Source: Bdellovibrionota bacterium (GTDB lineage: Bacteria; Bdellovibrionota_C; UBA2361; OMII01). From it: 63,035 nt of DNA. Under the pieces are notes generated by a model that saw only the letters and a program-made list of their open reading frames with translations, ran no database searches and had not been told where the DNA came from. Where the stretch lies: positions 1 to 63,035 of the forward strand of contig JBIKWQ010000008.1 of the NCBI GenBank assembly GCA_044356215.1. Reading direction: 5' to 3'. The translations under genes and the position numbers were made by a program. Of this stretch, positions 39,052 through 49,498 are shown piece by piece (positions within the stretch are counted from its first letter, which is position 1; each line of letters starts with the position of its first letter).

Positions 39052-40785
39052 ATGACTCTTCTAAAGAACAGATCTTTAGGTTTGGCTGTGATTAACTTCG
39101 GCGCGAAGACACTAAAACTCTGCCTGGCTGTGATGGTTTGCGGGTTGATGATTGGGGTTGGGGGGGTGGTTGGGGAGCCAAGCGTGCCGAATCCAAGTGC
39201 GGCCGTGTCCGCGGGAGGATCGAATGGGCAGACAGGAACCGTGGCTGAGGGCGATGATTCGGATAACGCTGGTAATCCTTTTGATAAACCTCGCAACGAG
39301 ACTGAGGTGAATTTCCGAGGAGTTGAGGGGGAGCGTGCAATGGCAGACTCCAAGGATGCGCGCAAGATGATGCACTCGCTTATAACTTCACAATTCACAA
39401 CCTTTTTTCAGACCATAACGATGGTGGAGAACGCTGCCGCATTCGGTCTCGCTAACGGATTCAATGCATCTTCAAATCTGATGCAATCGATCTACAGCAG
39501 TGCCACCCTCAACCATCAATTAAGGGGGAGACCTGAAACGATTCAGCAATTGGAGTTTCAAAACAGAATCTATGATAAGTTGGAGGAGGATAAGAAGCAC
39601 CCAAACGCATGGGCGCTGGGCATAATGCGGGCAACGGGGGATAGTTTTCAGCGAGCTGACGATGATAAAAGGTTTTTTATCCCCGAAGATTTAGTGGCCG
39701 CAGAAGATCCAAAGCTGCAAACGATCAGCGCAGGCGAAGCAATTACACTAGAAGAAGGTAAAGATAAACGCGAAGACACAGAAACCCTCAAACTAGCAGA
39801 AACCCTGCTCGCGGATGTAACGCCTGCAGCTGGCGAATCTAACCCAGCTCCAGGCACAAAAGATTACGCACTCGCTTACTTGGGCGAAATTGAGTACACA
39901 AAAAAGGCAACTGGACCTAAAATAATTTCGACAACGAAGGCAGTTGCGGCAAAAAAAGTTGGTCAAAAAGAGGTTGCGGAAGCTGCTGGTACAACAACGA
40001 CGGTAGACATCCGTGGCTTAGAACTCCGCACCGCGGAGCTTCAGAAAAAGATTTGGGACGCCTTTAGCGTTGAACTCTTGAAAAAATACTGCGAATTCAA
40101 GACTCAGGACGAGAACTACAGACAGGATCCATTCAACAAAAGTTTGCCGTCGAAAAAAGTTACTCCGGAGATCCTAGAGAAGGCGTCTTCAAAGACCATC
40201 AAGCTAACGATTAACCTAGTTGATCAGATATTTAAGGTCTATGCATCGCAAAGGCCGGCTGATCCTAGCAAGCCAACTACGATCAATTGTAATGTTTTCA
40301 AAAATCATCAAGAGGCGATGCCAATGAAGTATGAGGAGCTGGGAGAAGGGAAGGGGCCGGATTGTATCGGTGCACCTAAGAGCTGCAACCAGAACAAGTG
40401 GCTTTTCCGGCTGACTCAGATGCTTGCAAAGGATCGTGCAATAAGTGAATTCAAGTTAACCTACGAGAAGCTTATTAATGGCGCGTTGTCGCAAAATCCG
40501 ATCTTTCTGGTGAAGGTCCATGAGTATATGTGCGCGAGCCTAAAAGCCGAGGGAGGAGCGGCTTCCGATCTCAGTATGTGCGATCCGGCGGTATGGCTTG
40601 AAGCTCTAGCTGTAGAGAATCGCCAAAAGTGGGTGCGTCAAGTCGAAGAATTCGCTAAATGGGCCCAAAATATCGGTGGCGCCTCAAATCTCGGATTCGC
40701 TGGTTCTAATTCTATAGCGCAGGCCGGAGGTAATGTAGAGGGTATGTCTTCTCCTCCAGCCGGCGGTGGAGGAGGTTCAGAATAG
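39052..40785 (+). CDS. exported Cys-containing protein in the TraH position
   Basis: N-terminal hydrophobic segment, several C-terminal Cys; lies between the thioredoxin-like and TraG-like genes; no diagnostic motif. Confidence 0.4.
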   Translation: MTLLKNRSLGLAVINFGAKTLKLCLAVMVCGLMIGVGGVVGEPSVPNPSAAVSAGGSNGQTGTVAEGDDSDNAGNPFDKPRNETEVNFRGVEGERAMADSKDARKMMHSLITSQFTTFFQTITMVENAAAFGLANGFNASSNLMQSIYSSATLNHQLRGRPETIQQLEFQNRIYDKLEEDKKHPNAWALGIMRATGDSFQRADDDKRFFIPEDLVAAEDPKLQTISAGEAITLEEGKDKREDTETLKLAETLLADVTPAAGESNPAPGTKDYALAYLGEIEYTKKATGPKIISTTKAVAAKKVGQKEVAEAAGTTTTVDIRGLELRTAELQKKIWDAFSVELLKKYCEFKTQDENYRQDPFNKSLPSKKVTPEILEKASSKTIKLTINLVDQIFKVYASQRPADPSKPTTINCNVFKNHQEAMPMKYEELGEGKGPDCIGAPKSCNQNKWLFRLTQMLAKDRAISEFKLTYEKLINGALSQNPIFLVKVHEYMCASLKAEGGAASDLSMCDPAVWLEALAVENRQKWVRQVEEFAKWAQNIGGASNLGFAGSNSIAQAGGNVEGMSSPPAGGGGGSE

Positions 40786-40790
40786 TAAAT

Positions 40791-43700
40791 ATGCTCGAGA
40801 CAGTTATTAACCTCTGCCTAAACCAAGTTGTGAGCATTCTGGCGCTCCTTCTGGAGCTCTCTATCTCGGGGTTAAGCTTCACGGTGCAAGAGTGCTCTTG
40901 GGAGAGCTGTCCGGGAAGCGCGTATAACTCAATCACGGCGGCGTGGGCTAATATCGGTTACATGACGCACGCTGATTTCGTGCACTTTGTTTGGAACACT
41001 AAATTCGGTGTTTGGGCGGCGGTGCTGTATGTTCTCGGCGCCACGGGCGCCTTGATCTCAGTCTCGATCAATCAACCACCACGGACCTATATGTGGTTCT
41101 TTATCGGTCCAGCGATCTACTCATTCTTGGTTGGAACTCCGACCACAGTTCAGGGGGTTGCTTGGCGCGTGGCGGGGCAAGATATGGGTATGGAATCGGT
41201 CTGGCGCGATGCCGAGACCGGACTAGCGAATACGTCGCTAGTTAATGACCTCGGTATAGAGGTTTACCGTAATCGGGGGCCAAGTGGTGAATATCAGGTC
41301 GCTTGGATGATGGTTTTTCTGGATGGGATTTTCAGCGAAGCGACTAATAACCTGATCAGTTGGGTGGGAATTCAACGGAGAGAGGGAGATGGTGGTGTCG
41401 ACACCAATCGTTTCAAGAAGGAGGATGGTGGAGCTGGGGGTGAGGATCTCGGAACAGGTGCGCAGGCTGAAAGGGAGCCGTGGTTCCTCTTGGCTAACTC
41501 AAAATGGGGGATGATCGAGAATATAGTCGGAGCGACAGCGCGCGATCCAGATGTGCGCGATGCCTTGGTAACCTTTCTCGCTTCTGAGTGCGGAGATCAA
41601 TTTAAGCGGGGAGTTCACTCGGGGTACTACTCAGCGGCCTCACAGTCGCGTGGAGCGACGACAGTTAAGACAGTCTTCATCGGGCAGGACGGTGGCGGGG
41701 CGAGTGGAGAGGACGGTGATGAGCAGTCTGGGAAAAACTATCAGGACTTCGTCAGGGGGATGGATACAGAGGCGATCCCCACTCCAAGGTCGATAATCAG
41801 ATTGTTTAACAGCCCGGGAACCAACGGTTCGTTTCGTAACTTTAGCCCTATTTTTAGTGACGAGAAGATCTATAGCCGTTACTCTGAGATCCTCTGCTCC
41901 GAGTATTTATACACCATTATTCAAGCGATGCGTTGGGAAGCCGGTCACGCGTACCACCAACTTGTAAGGAGCTTCCCTGATGGATTCCAGAGCGAGGAAT
42001 CCGCCCTATCGACCCTCTACTACGGCTGGAATCTGCGTAAAAACGAAAGCAGTGTGATGATCAAGGGTGAGGAGATCAAATCATACACCAGGCACCTTAT
42101 CTTAGCGCACTTAGTCCGTAACGAATTGATGTACGCGCCACAGATAACTGAGAGTGGTCAGCGGTTCGCTCCATCCGAGCAGGTGCTTAACTTCTCGGAA
42201 TCTTATGTCCGCACGCAGGGCTCGCGGGCGAAGTACGGAGAGCTCTATAACTGGGCAGTTATGATGCCGCAAGTTCAGGGGATCCTGACCTATCTGGTAT
42301 TAATCGGATATCCATTCGCCGCGATGTTGATGGTTATCCCTGGATATTGGAAAGCATTCTTTACCTGGATCTCGTTCTTCGCGTGGGTGAAGTTGTGGGA
42401 TGTTGGGTTCGCGATAGTCCACACATTAGAGCGCAGCGTTTGGGCGATGATCGGAAACCACAGCGCGATGGCGAAGGTAGGTCGCAGGTTGATCGTAGCG
42501 GCGGAGAAGGGAAATTCAGATGTTAACGTGACATGTCCAGAAGATGGTGGGATGGGGATACCTGGAAAATTATCGCAACTCTGCGCGGTACCAGAAGTGA
42601 AATCAGCGGGTGGTGACCAGAATCAAATTGACGCGTGGTACACACTCGACCAGATCTTAGTGGTCGCGGGAAGTTTAGATCTCGATTTATCCAACGGATA
42701 TTACATCTACATCATGGCGGCGCTTTACTTCGCGGTGCCGACGGTGACAGGACAGTTAGTATTAGGAGCGAAGGCCAGCTTAGGTGGAATAGCGACGCAG
42801 GCGATGGGCCAGTCAGCGGGAGAGGCCGGAGGCGCTTCGAAGTCTGGAACCGTTGGAGAGGGTACGAACCGGCTGATGACGAACCAGGCATCGATGAACC
42901 AAGCCGCAATGGCCAAGAGTTACAGACAGTCAGGCTTAGCGCTAAGGAGCTTAGAGGCTCAGAACGCCGCCAGTGATATGGATGTGTTGGGGGCGGAGAT
43001 TGGGATTAATAAGGGGGCGGCGGGAGCTGCTGCGGATGCGATCAAAGCCACGATGGGATCGAATGAGGCCTTTGGTGGCGCACAGCAAGCGATTGCGCAA
43101 AATCGGGAGTTTGCCGTAGCGCCAGCTAAGAGGGCGATAGGGAAGATGAGAGACGCCATTATGGGTCGCTCTAAGGGCCAGATCCAGGCTCAATCGGGCG
43201 TGTCATTATCTTCTGGGGTGGATAGCGGAGGAGATGATGATTCGGCATCTTCTGAGGGGGATAGCGGAGGAAATGATGATTCTCCATCGTCTATAAAGGC
43301 AGGAGATCCGCCGCAATTAAAGGGCTTGAGAAACTCTATTAAAGGAAGAAATAAAGCTAGAAGAAGCAATAATGGGGGAACTGGCGGCAGAGTCTTAGAT
43401 GGAGTGAATGACGCAGCGAACCTTGGATTAGCTATTTTTGGGCAGGCTACCGACGGCAAGCTAGCGCAGACGGCCCTATCCAACCTATTTGCCCAGCAAT
43501 ACGCCGCGGCACTCGGCTATGGCTCGGCCTACGGTCTCGATGCTGGGATGCAGAAAAGTGGGCTCGATCTATATAAATCGGGAATGCAGGCCTACGGCCA
43601 GAACTTGCAACGCGAGGCGGATTTTGAGGCTAACATGGCCGCCTGGGATGCCAGGAACGCCTTCGCCACACATATCTCTGGAACTGCCGGAGTTGCAGGT

Positions 43701-44141
43701 ATAAACCCAGGAAGCCTTGCGCCAGGCGCTAAGCCAACGGATATGGGTGGACTCGCGGCGTCCGGCGCCCTTGGATCGAAGGCACGAGAGGCCTCCTACT
43801 ATTCTATGTTCGGATATAACGACGGGATCAGGCAGATGTTCGCCCGTAGCCGAGGTAAGGGTGGTCAGGCGTATATGAATCATTTTAACCCATTTGGAAG
43901 TGTCTTCGAGTATGAGGGCGCAATGATAGCAGCTGGTATCGCTGATTTTATGAAGACTGGTGCTTACTTAACACCTCAACCGTGGCAGGAAATGAAAGAA
44001 GGTACTCAGAGAATAACTAGCGGAGAAGATGTCGCAAGGACAAACCAGGTGATAGAACAAATTCAACAACAAGTAGTCCAGCAGGGACAGAATAACAATC
44101 AAAATGTGCCAACAAACAACGATCGAGGGGAACAAAAATAA
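40791..44141 (+). CDS. TraG-like (F-type T4SS mating-pair stabilisation) membrane protein
   Basis: 1116 aa; TraG_N-like 'MPQVQGILTYLVLIGYPFAAML...FFTWISFFAWVKLWDVGFAIV'; N-terminal TMs, periplasmic Cys, long Gly/Ala/Ser-rich C-terminus. Confidence 0.65.
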   Translation: MLETVINLCLNQVVSILALLLELSISGLSFTVQECSWESCPGSAYNSITAAWANIGYMTHADFVHFVWNTKFGVWAAVLYVLGATGALISVSINQPPRTYMWFFIGPAIYSFLVGTPTTVQGVAWRVAGQDMGMESVWRDAETGLANTSLVNDLGIEVYRNRGPSGEYQVAWMMVFLDGIFSEATNNLISWVGIQRREGDGGVDTNRFKKEDGGAGGEDLGTGAQAEREPWFLLANSKWGMIENIVGATARDPDVRDALVTFLASECGDQFKRGVHSGYYSAASQSRGATTVKTVFIGQDGGGASGEDGDEQSGKNYQDFVRGMDTEAIPTPRSIIRLFNSPGTNGSFRNFSPIFSDEKIYSRYSEILCSEYLYTIIQAMRWEAGHAYHQLVRSFPDGFQSEESALSTLYYGWNLRKNESSVMIKGEEIKSYTRHLILAHLVRNELMYAPQITESGQRFAPSEQVLNFSESYVRTQGSRAKYGELYNWAVMMPQVQGILTYLVLIGYPFAAMLMVIPGYWKAFFTWISFFAWVKLWDVGFAIVHTLERSVWAMIGNHSAMAKVGRRLIVAAEKGNSDVNVTCPEDGGMGIPGKLSQLCAVPEVKSAGGDQNQIDAWYTLDQILVVAGSLDLDLSNGYYIYIMAALYFAVPTVTGQLVLGAKASLGGIATQAMGQSAGEAGGASKSGTVGEGTNRLMTNQASMNQAAMAKSYRQSGLALRSLEAQNAASDMDVLGAEIGINKGAAGAAADAIKATMGSNEAFGGAQQAIAQNREFAVAPAKRAIGKMRDAIMGRSKGQIQAQSGVSLSSGVDSGGDDDSASSEGDSGGNDDSPSSIKAGDPPQLKGLRNSIKGRNKARRSNNGGTGGRVLDGVNDAANLGLAIFGQATDGKLAQTALSNLFAQQYAAALGYGSAYGLDAGMQKSGLDLYKSGMQAYGQNLQREADFEANMAAWDARNAFATHISGTAGVAGINPGSLAPGAKPTDMGGLAASGALGSKAREASYYSMFGYNDGIRQMFARSRGKGGQAYMNHFNPFGSVFEYEGAMIAAGIADFMKTGAYLTPQPWQEMKEGTQRITSGEDVARTNQVIEQIQQQVVQQGQNNNQNVPTNNDRGEQK
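43208..43285 (+). repeat. in-frame 39-bp tandem duplication inside the traG-like gene
   Basis: ATCTTCTGGGGTGGATAGCGGAGGAGATGATGATTCGGC / ATCTTCTGAGGGGGATAGCGGAGGAAATGATGATTCTCC. Confidence 0.85.
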
Positions 44142-44423
44142 AAAACGACGGTAGCCGGAATAAATGAAACTGCTCACCCGAAAAAGGCACCCCAGACTGG
44201 GGGTGACTAGAGAGAAGATCCGTCAGAACAGCTTATTTAGCGCTGCAATTACTGCCGGTCAGTAGTTGCGAATAAATTAACCTATTTAATTTGATCAGTC
44301 ATAACCACCAACTTCCCCCTCCCCCCAACAACATCTTTAAGATACGATTTACCCCTCAGCACTATCCCCGATAAGGCGGCAGTTTCTGAGCTTATCGACT
44401 AGGGGCTTTCTGGTATCTCGATC

Positions 44424-45113
44424 ATGTCTACGATTAAACTTTTAGGGTCGGTCTTCTCAGTAACAGGTAGAGGGGTGGTACGTGGCGGCCGCGCTGTATT
44501 TTGCGGAGCTGCGCTTTATACCGTGACCCTCTGCTTATCTGGCTGCGAATACGAGTGGCGAGAAGATCGCGGCGACGCAGCGCCGTATCAGGTCTCTAAG
44601 TCGGAGGAAGCTGCCGAGCAGGAAGCCCCGCTTAAGCAGGTGCGGGTCGAGCCAGTTCAGACGGAATTTAAGCCCGTTATAGCCCCGGGCCGAGATATAT
44701 CCGGACAAGCCGAGCTGCCACCTAAGGCTCGTAAGATTAACTTAAGTGAGTTGGGAGAGAGCGGGGCGTTGATGGTATCAGCGAACGCGCCAACTGGTGA
44801 TCTAGGATTATCTTTTGATGAGCGTGAGGATACCTTGTCCAAGTCAGAAGGGGTTAATCCTTACAGGATAACTTTTGAGTTTAAAGATACCAAAACGATA
44901 AAGGCCATCAGGGTTCTCTCGACCTATTCAGATTATAGCTGGGCCTTCGCGGCAGAAGGGTCAGAGAGGTTGCTGGTCGATACAGTGATCGACGGAGCTT
45001 GGTCAACAATGACCTGGCCCGAGGGCCTTAAGGTAAAGCGCTTCTATGTCGAGGTCTTAAGAAAACAACGCGACAACTACGTGCATGTTAATGAGGTTGA
45101 GGTGTATGAGTGA
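44424..45113 (+). CDS. lipoprotein with discoidin/galactose-binding-like C-terminal domain
   Basis: Lipobox 'LSGC'; C-terminal 'VHVNEVEVYE'. Confidence 0.6.
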   Translation: MSTIKLLGSVFSVTGRGVVRGGRAVFCGAALYTVTLCLSGCEYEWREDRGDAAPYQVSKSEEAAEQEAPLKQVRVEPVQTEFKPVIAPGRDISGQAELPPKARKINLSELGESGALMVSANAPTGDLGLSFDEREDTLSKSEGVNPYRITFEFKDTKTIKAIRVLSTYSDYSWAFAAEGSERLLVDTVIDGAWSTMTWPEGLKVKRFYVEVLRKQRDNYVHVNEVEVYE

Positions 45114-45119
45114 GGTTGA

Positions 45120-46982
45120 TTATTTCGCTAGCTGCAGTAACCCTGTTGCCTTTTCGCCCATCCAAAAAATGTAGGAAGGAACCTGCGGCAAGTAGGGAAG
45201 AGCAGCAACACAAGCTAATACGTAGGACGTGCCTTGAGCTAGCCCAATACAGCCATTTACCCAGCCGGTCCATCTTTCGAGTAGTCGGTTAGAGCACTCA
45301 TTACCCCTTTCGTCGCGGTGCAAGGCATCGCTGTAGTAGCCAATAGCCTCCTCCATATTTTTCTTGGCGTTATTGTAAGTGGTGTCATCTTTAGGTCTGA
45401 CCAAGTTCCCCCATTTTCCTAATAAATCACACAGTGGACTGGCAAGGTGAGTTCTGAGGAGATAGTCCGGCTGGTTGCTTTGATTGCCTCTGTCTCGTCG
45501 ATTCAGGGTCACTACATCGTCGCCGAGGGTTTTCATCAGCTTTAATGCCACTATGCAGGATATAAGCAAGTCATCCGGATTGTTCGCGGTACCCCCGGCG
45601 CTTTGCATCAGGAAGTTCCATGCATCCTTCACATTATTCTCAGTCCTCAAATCTTTTCGAGAGATCCATATTGAGGCTCCTAGAGTGCCAAATAGTTTGG
45701 CATGAAATGATGAGAGTATGCTCGCCACGGGTGCCGGAAGAGAGCTTACAGCAAAAACACCTAAAGATAATGCCGCAACGGACCATGCTTTAAGAATAGA
45801 AGCCGATGGTGAATTTAAACTTTTATCGATTACTTTCGGAGCTCCGCCTGCATTAGCTGACTCGTACGAGACCTTTATAGATCGGGAAGTAAGAGCCAAG
45901 CTTTTCAGGTCAACATGCCCCAGATAGTGGATATTTAAAAGCGCAAGATCAGGATCTAGATTCTCAAGATGCTGTTGAATCTCGCTAATACCCAGACTCG
46001 ATTTTACAGCTCCAGACTTAAGAGCTTGTGGAGCCTTCTCGTCAGCGAGGTACTTGAAGCGATGGAACTGTTGCTGCATATCTGCCACGGAAGTGAGCAG
46101 GCCCCGAATCTCATCTTGTGATGTTGAATCAAGCGCGGAAAAAGATCCATTTTTCCCCGCATAATTATACCTAATTTTTGCGCCGATCTCCTTTCTAAGT
46201 TTCGGGGCAATTTCCGAACCCGGATCGCACAGACCACGTAAAATACTCGCGGCCAAGAGGACACGTTCTAGGTAAACATTTTGGAAGTTCGCCATATGGT
46301 CGCTATCTATTGGCAAAGTTCCCTGATGATTCTCGAGGTCGAGGGAATATTTATGCAGTGATGAACTAATCTCCTTGGCGAGAGAGGTAGCATTAGTGAC
46401 CTGCGTTTGATCAATAGAGAGTCCACTCTGAACCTTCTGGGCAATCTCAGCGAGGTCTTCCATTTTTGTTCTTAAGACGTCGTCGTCTATACAGTCGGCG
46501 AGGTGGTTGGTCAGCTTCTGATCTTGCTGTTGTTGCGGCAGCAGCTGTTGCTGAGTCTGCTGCTGCGGCTGTGGCAACGGTTGTGGTTGTTGCTGTTGCT
46601 GTGGTTGTTGAGTCCCACTTCCTAGGGAAGAATTGAGACTACCAATCGCCCCTGCTATTTGTGAGCTAGACTGAGCGATGGAATTTTTAATTTCTTTTAA
46701 TTCGCGCACAATACTGCTTCCTAGTCCGCTATCGGTCTCCGCGGGGAATTTCTCACGTAGCTCTTGTGGGAAACCTGCTCCGACAAGTATGCTACTGCAT
46801 TGAGAATTTAGGTGTTGAGAGCTAGTGACTATTATGCTTTTTTGCAGGTTAGTGAGACTCTCCGCATTGCTAGCGCTGGTTGATGCGTCTGTCGTGGAAG
46901 AACTGTGATAAAGCTCAGGAGAATTCGTGTTGTTGACATTATTTGTGTCCGGCGCCTTCCCGTCGCTCCTTTTGATTCCCAT
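45120..46982 (-). CDS. orphan protein with Ser/Asn-rich N-terminus, poly-Q/P tract and hydrophobic hairpins
   Basis: 620-aa ORF; 'QQPQQQQQPQPLPQPQQQTQQQLLPQQQQ'; two C-terminal hydrophobic regions. Confidence 0.7.
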   Translation of the reverse strand: MGIKRSDGKAPDTNNVNNTNSPELYHSSSTTDASTSASNAESLTNLQKSIIVTSSQHLNSQCSSILVGAGFPQELREKFPAETDSGLGSSIVRELKEIKNSIAQSSSQIAGAIGSLNSSLGSGTQQPQQQQQPQPLPQPQQQTQQQLLPQQQQDQKLTNHLADCIDDDVLRTKMEDLAEIAQKVQSGLSIDQTQVTNATSLAKEISSSLHKYSLDLENHQGTLPIDSDHMANFQNVYLERVLLAASILRGLCDPGSEIAPKLRKEIGAKIRYNYAGKNGSFSALDSTSQDEIRGLLTSVADMQQQFHRFKYLADEKAPQALKSGAVKSSLGISEIQQHLENLDPDLALLNIHYLGHVDLKSLALTSRSIKVSYESANAGGAPKVIDKSLNSPSASILKAWSVAALSLGVFAVSSLPAPVASILSSFHAKLFGTLGASIWISRKDLRTENNVKDAWNFLMQSAGGTANNPDDLLISCIVALKLMKTLGDDVVTLNRRDRGNQSNQPDYLLRTHLASPLCDLLGKWGNLVRPKDDTTYNNAKKNMEEAIGYYSDALHRDERGNECSNRLLERWTGWVNGCIGLAQGTSYVLACVAALPYLPQVPSYIFWMGEKATGLLQLAK

Positions 46983-47577
46983 TTCCTAAACTCCCAATTC
47001 GACCCCGTTGTCTTTAAGCAATTCAGTTTCGGCGCCGTTTTTTAGTGGAGACGATCGGTTTCTGAGCCATCATCTCACCACTTTCGTGTTTCATCAGGAG
47101 TTATGCAGTTTTCTGGTCTATGTGTTGCATGAAAATAATAGTCGTAGGTTGAAAAATTCCGACATCGGCACGAAGGGTCGAGGCGAAACTTGCCCCTTTC
47201 CATTAGGCTGGCTAACTGCCTGATATTACTGTGAATATCTCAATGGCGGTGAGCTCGACTCGACTGACTTAGGCGAGTCGTGCCAGGGTTGCGCGCCGAA
47301 AATTTCAAAATCTCTTGTGCTTTTAACCAGCTGCACCATTTTGGTCCTCCTTAACTGCCGCTTTTAGGATTATATATCCTGCCAGCAGGAGCATGTTTCA
47401 AGAGAGCAAAACTCATAAAATATGAATAATTGCAATAGGATAGCTATATACCTCGGTGCCGCGGACAGGGCTGAAAATGACTAATTTAGTTTTTTAGGCA
47501 ATTCTAAGTCACACCTGAGAATTATTCGAGCATAACTATTTCAGTGGTGCGACAGCTTTTTTGTTGATGGTAGATTT

Positions 47578-49419
47578 ATGACAGATTTTCTAACGCCTCA
47601 ATCGGCAACCCCGAGCCAAAACCCTGCGATTGGAACCGATTCAGAAAATAATCCTCTGAAGGCCACTAAAGGACCGAGCATGGCACAGTGCGCGACTGCC
47701 TCATCAATCTCCCTTGGAAAATCGCTCGGCCAGGCATCCTCCTTTTCAGGCGTCGACTGGTATCGATCATCAGAGCTTTCATTTAAGGAAGTGATAGAAG
47801 GGCAGCGGTTGACCCCAGATCAAGAACAGAAACTTAAAGATATTTGGACTCAGGCGCGTACCGCGGATGACAAGAATGTTGGAGTCTACCTCAAGAGTTT
47901 AATCCCCGACCTCCTTGAAGAAAGAGCCGAGGGTCTCAATTCACTTCATGAATTGGCGACTGGAAAGATGATTATCGAAGGCCAAATCTCTGAGATGAGG
48001 CGTAAGGAGTTCTTGGCCGAGTGGGTGGCAACCGCGGCGGATCGTGTGTTACGTCTACAGGGCCACACAGACTTCTGTACCAATACGGACCAGGCAAAGC
48101 ACGAATTTTCAGTGGTTGAGTGGATGAAATTGGGGAATGGGCTTTACTTGAAGGGTGAGTGCACCCAGCCTAATGGCCGACAGATGTTTTTGGGTCATGG
48201 CGCTACCTTAGAAGAGAGGCTGGAGGACGTCAGAGAGCGAGCGATGCCCTATATCACCATGAAGACCGGCATGGGATTTAATGATAATGAGCAGCCTAAG
48301 GAGCTAATGCGACGAATGGGATGTGCACAACCCAATCCATTGGTAACTCTGGCCCTGTTGGAGCTGAAGGAGCAGAACTCAGCCGGAGCCAATCTGGGTG
48401 GCGGCCAGGAGGAGCATGAGTGGAGTCTCTCCGCTTCTGAGTTTGGAGATTATGAGACTTATGTAGCGAGAAAGGACGCTCGGATCCCGCTCAACAAGCA
48501 CGGCCTTGCGGTTCGGCCAGGGGAGGGGAGCACCACTTCAGTCACGCCGCTGGATTATGTAGGCCTTGATCTTGATCGCCAGTGGAAAGATCTGCAAGTA
48601 GTTCGACCTAAGACTGCAGAGGATACCGTCGCTATGTTCAGTGACTTGGCGAAGCAGAGGCAGTTACTTGATGAAAACAAGCGTCTTATTGGTACTCAGG
48701 TTGTCACTCGTTGGGGCGACCCTCAGCACGACCCCAACAAACAGAGTGAACATGGGTACCATCATACGACTGTCGTCAATAAAATCACCGATGAGAGGGG
48801 CGAGCCCTTTTATATCCTGCTAAATCCGGCTGGCGATTATATCAATCGACAAACAGGCTCAACATACAAATATGGTACTCAGCTGGGAGACACTAAGGGC
48901 AGTGGCATGAAGTGGACCCAATTAAGCCACGGATTAGTCCAGGTATCAGCAAAAGATTTCGAGGCTAATTTCGAGCGAGTTACAGTCCCGCTTATGCATG
49001 AGAAGAGTTCGTATTATGAGGGGAAAAAGGGCTTAATACTGACCAAAACTGGATTAAAAGAGTTAGAGTCGGGAGCTAATATCGGCAAAGAGATCCGTAT
49101 ACCTGGAACACCACCGCCTGTACCTGTAGGGGACGTGTTCATCATGCACGAGATTAAACTAGCTGATCCCAGCCCTAGTACGGGATCTCAGGTATCGTCG
49201 CTGGGTAAAGTTCTTGATGCGGTTCTACTTGCGCAGGTTAGCGCGAACAAGCGCATCGGGTACTTGGTGGTAAATCCGCAAGCTTATAATTCAGGATCAA
49301 CCGACCAATACGAGAGGCACCTAAAATTAGTGTCGAAATATGAGCCTTTCGCAGAGAGATCTGAGAGGCGGAGAAAGCGCAAAGAACAAGAAGAGCAGAA
49401 TCTTTCAATACCTATCTAA
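47578..49419 (+). CDS. orphan protein, putative papain/calpain-like cysteine protease
   Basis: 'LQGHTDFC' ... 'GYHHTTVVN' ... 'YILLNPAG' give Cys-His-Asn order; S/T/P-rich N-terminus. Confidence 0.45.
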   Translation: MTDFLTPQSATPSQNPAIGTDSENNPLKATKGPSMAQCATASSISLGKSLGQASSFSGVDWYRSSELSFKEVIEGQRLTPDQEQKLKDIWTQARTADDKNVGVYLKSLIPDLLEERAEGLNSLHELATGKMIIEGQISEMRRKEFLAEWVATAADRVLRLQGHTDFCTNTDQAKHEFSVVEWMKLGNGLYLKGECTQPNGRQMFLGHGATLEERLEDVRERAMPYITMKTGMGFNDNEQPKELMRRMGCAQPNPLVTLALLELKEQNSAGANLGGGQEEHEWSLSASEFGDYETYVARKDARIPLNKHGLAVRPGEGSTTSVTPLDYVGLDLDRQWKDLQVVRPKTAEDTVAMFSDLAKQRQLLDENKRLIGTQVVTRWGDPQHDPNKQSEHGYHHTTVVNKITDERGEPFYILLNPAGDYINRQTGSTYKYGTQLGDTKGSGMKWTQLSHGLVQVSAKDFEANFERVTVPLMHEKSSYYEGKKGLILTKTGLKELESGANIGKEIRIPGTPPPVPVGDVFIMHEIKLADPSPSTGSQVSSLGKVLDAVLLAQVSANKRIGYLVVNPQAYNSGSTDQYERHLKLVSKYEPFAERSERRRKRKEQEEQNLSIPI

Positions 49420-49498
49420 CGAAGCATGCTATGGCCTCCACAATCTTTTCGGTCGTATCGCGTGGCGGCATCGCATACCCTGCATGCACTTCTTTTCT

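Noticed and set aside
37868..49419. Intact ICE, plasmid or prophage
   Set aside because: No integrase, relaxase, VirB4, coupling protein, att/tRNA site or phage structural genes in the window
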